From Rhizodiscina lignyota (taxonomy: Eukaryota), in contig ML978122.1 of the NCBI GenBank assembly GCA_010015805.1, positions 3,010,453-3,074,452 on the forward strand: DNA of 64,000 nucleotides, written 5' to 3'. Within the stretch, counting starts at the first letter, position 1. Each line of letters begins with the position of its first letter. This document shows, one piece after another, positions 1-12,102 of this stretch. A model generated the notes under the pieces. That model had not been told where the DNA came from and searched no databases. It saw only the letters and a list, made by a program, of their open reading frames with translations. The position numbers were made by a program, and so were the translations under genes.

Positions 1-1050
1 TGAATGTTGGGATGGAATAGTGAGACTCCGCGTTAGGTCTTGCAAGTAGAGAGACAGAGAGAGGTATGGGGATGGGAAGTTTGAAGAAGTTCTAGTTGTA
101 ACTAGAACTAAGTGAGAAAGCCCATTGAAGGTAGGGTTAATGGTTGAAAGTAAAGAAGGAGAGGGAAGAAGAGAGTCGAGAAATTTGAAAGATATAAATA
201 GAAGGCTAAGGCATAAACGCTAAGAGAGATGCCGAATGACTTGGACTCGCTGCTCAGCTTTCGAGTGGCTTCAGGGGAGGCTCGGAGAAGCATTTATAGA
301 AGGTAATGTGAAGTAGAGAAGCCCCACTAAGTTCCGCGTGAATTAGAGTTTAGCACAACTTAGACTAAAGGCGTAGACGAATGAGGAAAGCATGAGAAGC
401 AGCAAGCCACAACTTGAAGGTTGAAGAGTGAATGTAGAGGTAGAGGCGCGTGTAGTTGCCAACGCTTATCCAAACGGCTTCCAATTGTTGGATCACCATG
501 CACTTCCGAGACATTGCTATGCATATTGAGGAAATTCGAAGGGTAGAGTATCAATATGTACCATTAAGTGAAGCGGATTGCATGGAACGAGATCTAACTA
601 TTGAACATGACTGGAACCTAGTATTGCTTACGTAACTACGATATCAGAATTTTGCATCTTACCCCCTAAATGAAGCTCAAAATCAACAGGAAAAAATGAA
701 GTTAAAGCCTATTTATTATTCCTTCACTATAAAGCTTGAGTGAATGAAAACTGACCTTGTAGTCTGTTTTAGACCTTCGTTAGATTCATCTTCATTCTTG
801 CATATTTCAACTCGGTTTCTATTTCTTACCCAATCTTGCAGCCTTTCATCCACTAATTAGGGACTCTATAAAGGATCAGCCGCCTCTCTTGCTTTAACAT
901 CTCTCTTACTAACCAACAACCTTTACTTTTATATCATTCTCTCCCATCTTCTTCTAAGCTTCTACTTTGTTCTTACAACTCTCTGAGTCTCTCTAATCCT
1001 CTCACGCAATGAGCGATAACGATCAAGAGCTTAAAGGCTGCTTGTAACGA
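1..1050. promoter_or_regulatory. AT/TpA-rich bidirectional promoter-like region with RIP-like signature
   Basis: TATAAA on + at 867-872 followed by a pyrimidine-rich leader into ORF 1054. TATAAA on - at 293-298 followed by a pyrimidine-rich leader running off the left edge. Visibly rich in TAG/TAA/CTA compared with neighbouring genes. Confidence 0.5.
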
Positions 1051-1053
1051 ACA

Positions 1054-2813
1054 ATGCAACATCAAAAGAGACTTAGATCATCTACTCCATCCCAAAGAGA
1101 CATGACAACCCAAGAACTCAAACGGCCAAGGACAGATTTCGGACAACGTACACCTGAAAATCAACTTACACCTCAAGTGGCTACTGGCTCCCCAGCGCAA
1201 GAATCTTTCCTAGCTGCATCGTACAGGACCGTTGTAAATATGATTCCCGCTCGCCCTAACGTCAGCGTGAATAGAAAACGCTGGGGGGAGCTCAAGAGAC
1301 AAACTCGCTTGCTAGACGAGGAGCTGCGACGACAAGATTCAGAACTACAGGGGACAGCCCGTGAGTGTCAAAGATTGCAAGGAGTTGTTGAGCTTCGGAA
1401 TAGAGAGCTTCAGGCTCAGAAGGATCTTCTCCAGAGGAGCCAGCAAAAGCTCGACAATGCGGATCATTTCATGTCTCGACAAAATCAAGAGATTGACCGA
1501 CTTAAGAAGTTGGCCAAGGAGGAAGAGGCGTCGTCCAAGAAACTACGACAAGAGGTATCAGAGATGCACGCAAAACAAAACCAGCGAGAACAGAACCTTC
1601 GAAAGCTCCAAGAGAGTGCGGCTTCCCGGTTGGAGTCAGCAGCATGGACGCAGGACGACGACGAGGTCATCAGGCGGAAGTTCTCTATGCTTGACAAGAC
1701 GGTCCAGACTTGGGGAAAGAGATACAGTGAATGTTCCTTGGATTTCTTAAAATGTGCTTCTCCAGCTGAAATAGCGGGGTTCAAATCGACTTGGAGCACC
1801 TTCGCTCAGCTCGAAGGAGTGGACGACAACGTCATGCACCCCAACTTGTCAACGAGAGCTCCGGCAATGCTTCTCACGGGATGGCTGAATTACTATATCT
1901 ACAACAAGATCTTCGAACACCCATGGTTCTTCGTGGACTATCGGAACCGGCATTCGAACGATGCCAACTCTTCGCCACAGAACAAGAACGATCACAATCC
2001 ACCGTTGGCAGAGTTTCTGACAGATATATTCCACGAATTATTTGACTGTAAGGCCTGAGTGTTCGTCTAAATGTGAATATGTTGCTAAGTTTTAAAGGTG
2101 ACGAGAAGAAGGCCGTCTCATGGCGTGCTGAATTTCTAAGATTGCTAAAGCCGTCTGTATCCAATGAAGAGGCCCAACAGCGAAGCACCTCTCAGAGACG
2201 TTCGCAACTTTGGACAAGCACTGCCGCAGAGGCCGCGTGTACTGCTCTTGCGGACAAATTCTTGGGGGATGCATATCTACTCCTTCAAGCTGCGGGTGGG
2301 GCAGAGGCCAAAAAGGACTTGCTGGACATTTTTTGCACCGCAAGTGAATTGGCCTACAAGATTTTTACTCGAAAAAGCTACATCAAAATCTACGACTTTA
2401 ACATCTTCGCGTCTCACCGCTTCAACCCGAAATCAGAGCTTATGGCGCACCATGCACTGCACAACGCGCAGTTGCATGACGATGAAAACTGTCTGAACGG
2501 GAAGCCCATCGTTCTGGTCTCGTCTCCAGCTGTCGTGGTCTATGGCAAGAGCGATGGAACAAATTACGATGACCGTCGGGTTTGGAAGAAGGCTATCGTC
2601 TTCATGGGCCGCAATGCCCCACAGAAGCCAAAGTCTGGTCAGATGCAACAAGTGCAGCGACTGGGAGAAACACCGGTCAAGATCAAACAAGAACCTCGAA
2701 CAGAGTCACGTCTAACTAAGGTGAAAGAGGAGCAGAAGGACGTCACTATGTGGGAGGAGGAGAGAAGGGACGACCTGCATATAGTTCGGGAATCTCGAAG
2801 GGGGTCGTCATGA
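1054..2813 (+). CDS. Coiled-coil protein with C-terminal GrpE/MIEAP-like motif pattern (2 exons; intron 2048-2097)
   Basis: The GTAAGG...CTAAG...AAAG intron joins ORFs 1054..2058 and 2073..2813 in frame (FDC|DEKKAV). Long heptad-rich coiled coil at about aa 75-195. C-terminal RFNPKSELM...GKPIVLVSSPAVVVYG...RRVWKKAIVFM. An upstream in-frame ATG at 1009 is cut by TAA at 1045. Confidence 0.75.
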
Positions 2814-3798
2814 ACGACAAGCTGCTTCTTTGGGTGAGTGAGATCTGAACGGACAGGATTCTTTGAGCAAATTGATCCTCTCTTGATTCAAGAAGAGGCA
2901 TCGGTGTCGATGGATTGCGTTGGCACATTTATGCCGCAAATGGAGTTGGTAATGGAGTTGGAACTAAGGGAACAGGGAAACATCTGTATATTAATCTGCT
3001 TCTAACCGGGCGCTGACGGTGACAAGCCGAGCCCTTCTAATGAATCTTACTCTAGCTCTTTTCCTAACAGAGGTCGAGAAGAGATATCAAAACTCAGAAA
3101 CACCCGAGAGCGGAGGCGTCTGCTAGTGAGAGAAGCCCTTCATTTGTGACCCGTGCATCCTCCTAGCTCTTTAAAACTCTTGCGTCGGGAGCGCAAATTT
3201 GATGCTATTTGGTATTAGCTACCACCACTGCTGTCGCAGCAGATTGTAGCAATTTGTCCCGACTTCGCCTGGACTAAAGAGCAAACTTTGGCAGACTCGG
3301 CTTCTTCACGCATGTATGCACCGGCTACGGGCACAGCGCAGTGTGAGTCTCAGCTCAAAGAGCATGGGAAGTTAACTGGGAATGGAATCTCGTCTGCTAG
3401 GCAGCTCCATTCGTCAAGCTTCCCCGCTGGTCCGTCATCCTGCTGTTTACAAGGCCACACCGCTCAGCTCTTTGCCCGACCATGCAGCATCGACATCGTT
3501 CCTTACGTACTCCATCGCTGGTGCCATGATTGACGATGAAGACATTTCCAATGAAGACTGGAGCGTCTTGGCTCAACTTGCGTATCGCAGTTGGAAATAG
3601 ATGATCGAAACTGGGTCCCAGTAGCAGCGATGACGCAGCAAAGAGACTCTAGCGGAAACTCTAAGTTCTTCGCGGCGACTCTGACTTGCGTACAATGGTG
3701 GATCCCACATCCCGCGACCCATGAAAGCGTCGCGGGCCGCTTAGGAGGAGCGAATTGTTGTTTGTAGAACTTGATCTGCTCGTGCAGTGAGGATCAAG

Positions 3799-5108
3799 CT
3801 ATTCGCCCCTGCTGAGTAAATGCCCAAATTTTTCAATCTGTAAAGCCGTCAGTCCAGTGATACAATAATCAGTCTCATTCCCGGACTTACCTTTGTGCTC
3901 AGGTATTTCTCGACTTCCTCGCTGCGAACCCCTTGTTTTCCGCCAGTTTTCCATGCCAAAGGAATCATTGGCACGCGCTCTGTCACCACAACCTCTCTAT
4001 TCGGTCCTTCGACAGCTCTCAACTTATCTGGGTTGTTCGTTAGGAGTCTGCAAGAGTCGACACCTAAATCTAGCAGCATCGCCGTCGCGAGTCCGTACGA
4101 TCTGGCATCTGCAGGATGTCGAAGTAGGAGATTCGCTTCATATGTGTCGTTGCCCAGGTCCTGTAAGTTGTACGCTTTTAGCTTCTCGCCGAGTCCGATG
4201 CCCCGACCTTCCTGGCGAAGGTAGATGATTACTCCGCCGGTCCTGGCATTCGACGGAACCGACATTAAGCGTGCTGCCTCATCAAGCTGTGATCCGCAGT
4301 CACAGCGAGAGCTCCATACCGTTTCTCCCGTGTAGCATTCGGAATGTATCCTCACAAGTGGTGCTTTGTGGTCGTTCACGGGGTCTTGTACCATGTCTCC
4401 TGGTTGGCCCACAGCGTCGACGCCCTCTTCCATGATCTGAGATAGCGAACCTGCCTGTGCAGATTGAACGCCTGCGTCTTGCTTGATTTCCTCGATCCTC
4501 GAGTTTGTACGTCCCGGATGCAGACGTCCGACATAAGCGCCCCTGATCTGTGAGGTTATCAGTATTTACTCACGTACGTGCGTTGTGGGACGCCTTACCA
4601 TCCGGTCCATCTCCGTCTCTCCAGGTCTCGGAGCATCAAGCGATTTACTCCTAATGGCTGAGCCAAAGACGATAGCCAAATGTTCTTTATTATCCACATT
4701 ATTTTGATATAAATGTAAAAACATCTCAGAACCGGTAACCGTCGGAATCCGGGCTCTGACCGCGCAGAAAACCTCAGGAAGTGTCTCGACCAACTGCGGT
4801 CCCTGCTCTGTCGATTTCGAAGTGTCTACAGGAATACCCCTTGGCTCTCGATTGGGATTAGGCGTGGCATTCCCCGGCGTCGCAGGAGGTGTGAAAGCAG
4901 GACTGATCAGAGACGCGGGCGGCTGTCTTCTCGGCTCGGGTTCATGGAGGTTGAAGTCAGACTCTGGATCCGCGTTGTCGGACTGTGGCGCGAGCGCCGG
5001 TGAGATGTGAGACGGCAGCGACGTGAAAACGGATTTCAGGGCGCGTTCAGGTCGCTCGGACGACGGCGGCGACTGCATTATTGTGGCGGTAGAAGTTACA
5101 GAAGGCAT
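3799..5108 (-). CDS. RIB1: GTP cyclohydrolase II (riboflavin biosynthesis), 3 exons
   Basis: Motifs [39 protein letters not shown]. The last exon IEKFGHLL ends at TAG 3799. Introns near 3838-3890 and 4548-4597. Start ATG uncertain. Confidence 0.93.
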
Positions 5109-6144
5109 GGAAGCAGTGCTGGATAGCGATTGAAGGTGATGGTGGAATTGCGGGACCGGCGGAGCACTTCCGACGAACAAGCCGAATGTCTATAGAGAAA
5201 TTGAAGACGCTCTTAAACGACTATAAGAGATGTGTATATGCCATAAGAAAGAAATGACGTAGCAATTCCAGTGTAGCGTCAGCTACCACCAAACAGCGCA
5301 GAGGTGGAGTTGAATTGGGAATTTGTAGAAGGGCCTCGAAATTCGGGGTGATGACTATGAGGCGCGGAACCGAGGCCGATGACGGGGCAATTGTCAGCCA
5401 TGGTGCAACATCGAGAGCACGTTTGCCGACGTCTCCGCAGCGGCTCACCTCGTGCCCGACGCGGGACCCTGATTGACATCGTGATCGGCAATGTTTGCAG
5501 GTGCAGGTTTGTACTGTACCTCATGCTACCGGCGACTCGTGGGCCCAGGGAACGCTCACAAAGACTGAAATCTGGGCAGGAAGTAGTTAAGCGACGCCTG
5601 CGAATTACGGAGCTGTCCAGTGGAATAGTCACCGCAGCAAAGAGAACTTAAATTCGACAAAGTCGTACAAGCGTGAGAAATACAGTCTGAAGCATATTCA
5701 ATCAAACTTTCAGATACGCTCTCGATTACGTTGAAGAGCAGCAAAGTTTATGCGGTGCCTACTCGACTTCATCGAGAATCGCTCAGATTTCACGCTCGGA
5801 GATGGCATTGAAGTTCGCTCATAGCATAGAAGATTTTCAATCTCGAAAATGAATGGACTTGACGATTGTCAGTTCATTTGTGCACAGGCACAGTGCAGAC
5901 TTCACCAGACTACATGAATCATCTAAGGACTGCTCCACCGATCTGCGCGCCGCTAGGCGCCGTGAGTTCCCTGTCTCTCAATCACGTTCCCTAACAGGCC
6001 TCGACTTCGCGTTTCTCTTCATCCCTCATTTGCCGCCTGGCATTAGCTCCTCAAAAGTCGAAACACATAAGTTGACTTAAGATACGTGTTCTCGCCCGGT
6101 ATACCGTCCAAGAAAAACAAAAGAATTACCCTATTATCCTCCTA

Positions 6145-8066
6145 TCACCGCGTCCGAGTATGCAGTATGCCAGCGACCGCCTCATCAATTTCCTGTCTCG
6201 CAGATCCAATGCTTGGATGAGCTCTAGTTACATATTGAGCCTCAGCAATACCCAGCTGTCCAGCCGCGTCTCCAGAGACAATGTGACCGAATTGGACTTT
6301 CTGGTCGCCTCTCTTCTTGATGACTTCCTCCACCGTGCCACCTCCAGTGACCATTGGGGACCTGAACGCAGCCGCAATCTCGAACGGTCCAAGCGTAACC
6401 GGGCGACCGAGCTGCCAGAAACCCCAATAGACAGGGAGAACGCAAAGGATGCAGACCATTGTCGAAACAAAACCGCCCCACATGTACGCGTAATTCGTAG
6501 CATAGTGAACGTTGTCGATGTATGCGGTTCCATTGAACGCATCAGGCATATTGTTTTTTTTATCCTGATCATCGGGGTCCTCGAGTGACCCGTCAGTTGC
6601 AATCAGGAACATGATCTGGTTGATCTGGTTGACCAAGTCGGGGATGGAGTCGGGAGAATCGGTGAACATCGGATCGAGATACCAATAGCCACAGTCCCGT
6701 TCGTCTGCCATAGCCTCTGTGAGGTACAATTGAGCCATTCCGGTTTGCTGAATCTCATATTTCGTGCTATTGTGTTTATCCAGAATACGCGTCATGTTTG
6801 CGTCGCCAGCTAGAAACTGGTTCATAGCTTGCACAATGCCCCCGAGACGAGAGTCTTCGACAGCGTTTGTGTTGTTCGTCTCATGAACGTCTTGGTAGCC
6901 GAGCACTGTGTAGCCGTCCTGCTGTTTGATGCTTCTGTTGTAAGAGGTGAATATAGGCTCGTCATAGAAGATGTAGGCATGCTCGTCGATACCAAGCATT
7001 ATTTGGTTCGCACCACCATCAATGGTAACAGGGTAGCCGATGGTAGCCGGCCGCAATTTGCATGTCTGCTGGAGAAGAGTGCCAGGACAGCTCGCAGTGT
7101 TGTCAGCTCGAGTGAATGACACGTCCATGTTGATGTAGGAGTAACTCTGGTTGGCGTTGGCATACACTTCCTCGAATCCAATATGAAACAAGTTCGCGGT
7201 AGAGCCAGACTTTAAGGTCTTGCCGTAGTCGATTTTGTTGGACACTGCTTCCGAACAGTCAAATTCAAAACCAGCACCAGGGACGTTCAAGATGCATGTG
7301 TAGTCGGAGCCATCGTCCTTTGTGGAATTGCAGCCAGAAAACCAGTCCCCGTTGTAATAGAATCCTCCGCGTTGATACCACATTTGAAGATCCAAGATCA
7401 GAGAAGTCGACAGTGTTCCTGAACCACCTCCTGTTCTTGGGAATGTTGCGTTTGCGAATCCTTTTAGCGCGATTGGGACAGGAGGATCGGTATCCAAGTA
7501 AGTCGACGTTGCCTTCTGCATTAGAACAGCATCGATGATGAGGAGTTTGGTTGTTAGAGCGGCAAGGGCAATGACGTTGAAATATTTCCCAGCGAAGGCT
7601 ATTTGTTTCAGGCTCGTACTGAAGGCCCAGGACCGCTGGAGTTGCTCGATTGTGGTGGGTTTGAGAGTCTGTCTCCACCACGCAATCGCGACGCCATTGC
7701 CTGTAAATCCCTTTAGCTGCCCGTGCTAGTGCCTGCGTAATACTATATAATGAAGGACTCACCAATAGCGATGCTGAAGCAGATGTTTGCGACTGAGTTA
7801 GAGATGCTCAGAAGGACGTTGGGAGCCACTCTGTGTGGCCACTTTGATTGCGACTTGCCATCAGAAGTGACGAGAATAATCACCTCTCCCACACAAGCGA
7901 TGAGTGCCACAAGTAGCGCGCCTAGTCCAATCTTTGGGAATTGTGCCCAAAACCCAGGAGTCCACTCGATATTAACATCTTGTTTGGCGTCATTTGGGTC
8001 TATCTCGCTCGATAATGAATGAAGTTCATAAACTGTCGCTTCCGGGTCTTTCAAGTCGGACCCCAT
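6145..8066 (-). CDS. Fungal membrane glycoprotein of unknown function (DUF3176-like N-terminal TM region, C-terminal TM helix)
   Basis: Exon 1 MGSDLKDP...APNVLLSISNSVANICFSIAIG. Intron about 7701-7762, then a long exon with N-glycosylation sequons, Cys residues and a C-terminal TM followed by YWGFWQLGRPVTLGPFEIAAAF, a pattern common in this fungal family. Confidence 0.75.
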
Positions 8067-9653
8067 CTCGGTCTTATCAGAGGGATAGAAGGGCGCGAGG
8101 TAGAAGAACGAGAGGAAGAAGATCGAAAGCCAAAAGAGCGAAGGATAGAGCGAAGGACAGAGTAGCGAAGGGCGATAGAGAAAGGTGGGATGACGAGAGG
8201 CAGAAAGACGAAACACAGAGCAATAAATGTAGAAATCAAAGCGCCACACCTGGAAAGTCCGAATGGATTTCTTGTTTTCGAGCTTGATGTATCTCCTCCC
8301 CTGAGGCATCGCAGGGGAAGTCGGTCCAGGCCATGATTTCAGCGCCTATATCGAACTCTCCTCGCACGCGACTGCAATGAAGTGGCGTCCTGTACCTGAA
8401 AACAATGTTTAGGCGAGTGTTATGGCGTCAAACGGCAAAGACTAGTGTCGCGTGGTCTGATTGTTCCTGCATGGCTCCTGTGAGGTGAACCATGTTTAGA
8501 TCTGTCGATACACGCCCAGCTCTTTTATGAACGCGAGACAAATAAAGCTCTTCACAAGATCGAGAAGAAGCCACCACGGAAGCTTAACTGGCTCGGCGTG
8601 CGGGAAGGAAAAGCTTGGTAGACGTGGTGAAGAAGAGCAGATCATCGTGAGTTGGATAGGTCTAGATTGACCCCTCGATAGGACTGTGGCGTATGGCTTC
8701 CGCCCTTTTTGGACGATATGCTCCACTCTGGCTTGCTCAAGACAAGCGAGGTTCAGCCCACGCGGCAGTTCCGTCCCGGATCACACTGCCGTAGTCAGAA
8801 CTGAACTCAGAAGAGCACTGTGACTTCTGTGCTTCGTCGTTAACTGTTGCACACGAAGAGAGCCGTGGCTCCGGGCTGGCAGGTTTGGCTGTCGTCTCCT
8901 ATCGATGCACTGGCCCATGACCGAAAATAGGGGATGGCCCACTTTTTGCCGTAAATGATTAGCGACCGTCTTTAGCGTGCAACGACATAGCGCAGAAGGT
9001 ACGGTAAACCGTCCTCTCCTCTCTATTATGTACCTTATATCTAGAGCTATTTCTATATAGAAGGACGAGATAATCACAATTTATATTATCCGAGTCATTC
9101 GCCATTTGGTAGCAGAAAACAGCGTCAGAAACATCCAATTTCAGTCGCAAATTCGCCTGCAACGTGCAACTCTTTCTGCATGACTCTCAATCGGACTACT
9201 TTTTAGACGGGCACTGGACACTCAAGAGCGATCGGGGGATTAAATCATCTAGATATCTCGCTCGATAAGAACCGTTGTATGGTGAATTGTTTCAATTTTC
9301 ACATAACTATCTGGAAGCCCTATTCATTTGTAAGTTCGCTAGAGAAATAGTTATGCATCTATACCAAGTGCTCCGAGCATGAATTATTCCGTTCAACGCC
9401 GCAGGATCCAGCTAATCGCGCTGGAAAGCTCGTTGAGGTGAGATGCATCTAGGTTGTGCAGATCTATAAAGAACCCGCACTCCTCTTGCGCACTCTCATT
9501 CAACAGAGCTGGATCCAGTCGCAAGGACCGCTGCTACCCTGGATGATTACGACTGTGGCGCCCAAAGATCGACGACTCTTCAGCGCTATTTCCCGTGGCC
9601 TTCTTTGGGCTCGCAAATCCACAAGCCGAGCAAAAGAGGGCCCTCGACGCCGA

Positions 9654-11245
9654 CTAATTGAGGCGGACGTAATTCCCAGGGAACTGTCCCTCTTTGTGAC
9701 CAACCCTGCCATTCCACCATTCCTCTTGATTGTCTGTCCGATTGATAATCTCGATGACATCACCAGCGCTAAAACTGAGATCGCCTTCTGCTTGTGCCTC
9801 GTAATCGTACAGCGCCGTTACAGTCTCCGCTGGAGGCACACCAGATAATCTTCCAGGCTTGGGCTTTGGAGGAGGTGGAGCGGCGCCCTTTGACTTCGCC
9901 GCAGCTCCCCACGATGATCCAGTGCTGTTCGCTCGACCAACACCACCGATTCCAGTCCCTGATAAAGCGCTGGGAGACTTTTCTGGAAAAGTTGTCGTGC
10001 CAGCGTTCGCACTGTATGGCGGAGGCGGTTGATCTGAGGAGTCCATCGTGGAACGGCGAGTCGAGATGGATGAAGGAGTCTTTCGGTCTGAGAGTGCTGA
10101 GCGCGCCTTGTCTCCGTATTTGCTGAGGCCGCCCTTAGGTCGCCCACCTGTAGCCTTGAAGTGGACGATGGTAAGCTTCTCCGCCTCTTCTTGGATATTG
10201 CCGCGCTTCTTCTCAAAAGCCGCCTCGATATCGAGGGTAAGGTCAAAGTAGCCAATATCGATGCTCTGCATCCTCTCGTGCAGGGTGTAGAAGACATTGA
10301 GCTGCATGTAGTAGAAGCTCTGGAACAGCGGTTGGATGAACTCCCTCTCCAGTGCAAAGAGCTGCGGTAATTCTTCCTTGAGCAATTCGTTAAAGTGGTT
10401 GTAGTCTTGCGTGGCCATCTCGACGTCACTCTCGGCCTTGTACAGCGCCTTCTCATCTTTCAGCGACTTGTCTTTCTTGTCTTGTAGCTTCTTCAGCGCA
10501 GTCCTGTGTCTGTCATAATCTAATTGCTTGTGGTCGCGCTTCACTGTTAATTTGCGCACGACTTTCAAGACCTCCAGGAGTTCATCGGCGGGTTTGATGA
10601 CGCGAGCTTCGATCATCTCAAGTTCAGGCTTAAGAGTTTCCTGAAGTTCGTGGACGATTGCTTCATACTCCTCGCATGCTTGTATGCCCTCAGGATTGCC
10701 TTCAGGCATGTAGGAGTCTGGGTCGGAAGCGCGGCCGGATATTGGCTTGTAGATTTCGGCGCAGGCTTTGGAGAATTCGATTTGGGAGGTGAGCATGCCT
10801 AGCAGTAAGGTGAGTGTCTGTTTCTCCTCATTGAGCAAGGATGATTAAGACCATTTATGGAATTGAAGTATCTGTACGGTAGTTAGTATCAGCCCTACGC
10901 ACAGTCGATGTTAGAGGATCCCTCACTTCTTCGACTCATCATGTAGCTTCTTTGTCTCTTCCTCCAATTCCTTAAACCTCCTCTCTGCATCCACGAAGAC
11001 CGCATCTTTGGTGATTTCGCCCTGCCGGTGAAGCCGGATTAGCCGCTGCCTGCCATTGCATCGCCATTCTTTGTGCGTGCAAACGAGCCGAGTTCGGTTT
11101 CGTTGGAAGAAAGTCTTACGATATTAAACTTCTGCCTTATTGTTTGAGGGGTCTGGAAGTCATTAGCTATACATTCTCGTGGTAGAAGCGATTAGGCATC
11201 AGTGCGCACCCTGGTGACGCTCTTCGTGAAGCCCTTCCAACTCAT
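9654..11245 (-). CDS. RVS167: Amphiphysin-like BAR + SH3 protein (5 exons, small 5' exons)
   Basis: Spliced N-terminus [42 protein letters not shown] domain ([13 protein letters not shown]) and C-terminal SH3 ([15 protein letters not shown]...WWNG...GQFPGNYV). Confidence 0.92.
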
Positions 11246-12102
11246 TGTCTATGACGTCGGGGCCCGCAAGCCGCAAATAAAGGTTGGAATGCAAATTGTT
11301 TGGGAGAGTAGGAGTTGGAAATGGAAGGTGATGTAGAGGAAGTGTCGAGCGAAGTCGCAAGTTTGAGAAGTGGAGCACAGGATGAACGCGAAATACGGTG
11401 CGGATGTTGGAAGTGGGAGGGCGTCAGGGATGTGCTTGGAGATGCAGTGACGTTGATCTGTGGCTTGGGCTCTCTCCCCCGTTAGGTGCAGATTGCGATC
11501 CTCGCGGTTAGTGTGTGGGTTCGTCAAGGCAGACTGCAGCTGAGTACGAAAAATCCTCAGAACTGGAAGAGATCAGAAAATCAATTGAATGTGTCCTGAG
11601 CTCTCCGGCTTGCTCGGATAGATGCATACTATGTGGAATCTCAGCAGTGATACGCTGACTGTGGTGAAAGCGACCTCGCGCCCATAGCCGCTTTCGGTAA
11701 GGTACGGCGCTCGGATGACGGGCGAGCATCGGTCCGAGAGGCCTTGGCGCGTTTGCCCTGCGAGAACGTAGATACTCCGTACAGATGCAGATACAGAACT
11801 ATCAGCGCCTCTAATTGTATTTCTGACGCGGAGTCCATAAAGTAGATAGCAAGTTAGAATTATCACTATAGCTATGATCACATTATGTGTATTTAGTGGA
11901 GTTACGGGGAATCAATTCCTGACTATTTCTGACCACTTTTGCGGCAAGATGAATGAAGCTTGGCGCCAAGCCTTGAAATATTTGACTAAGATAGTTTAGC
12001 GTGTGATATCCTAAGTTGCGGTACAGGAGTAATCAATCTTATCAATCTGCATCACGACTTATCAGAGCTTTCACCAGTACAACACTCTCTACATCCGCAA
12101 TC

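Noticed and set aside
3288..3660. Short ORFs with protein-like text (DDEDISNEDWSVLAQLAYRSWK) followed by TAG stops
   Set aside because: Could be a decayed gene fragment, but there is no recognisable domain or splice model; too weak to call a pseudogene.
3711..4600. Hairpin CCCGCGAC/GTCGCGGG downstream of RIB1 and the RIB1 introns, considered as an FMN-riboswitch-like element
   Set aside because: No FMN riboswitch consensus is visible, the introns are ordinary length, and an 8-bp stem is within chance.
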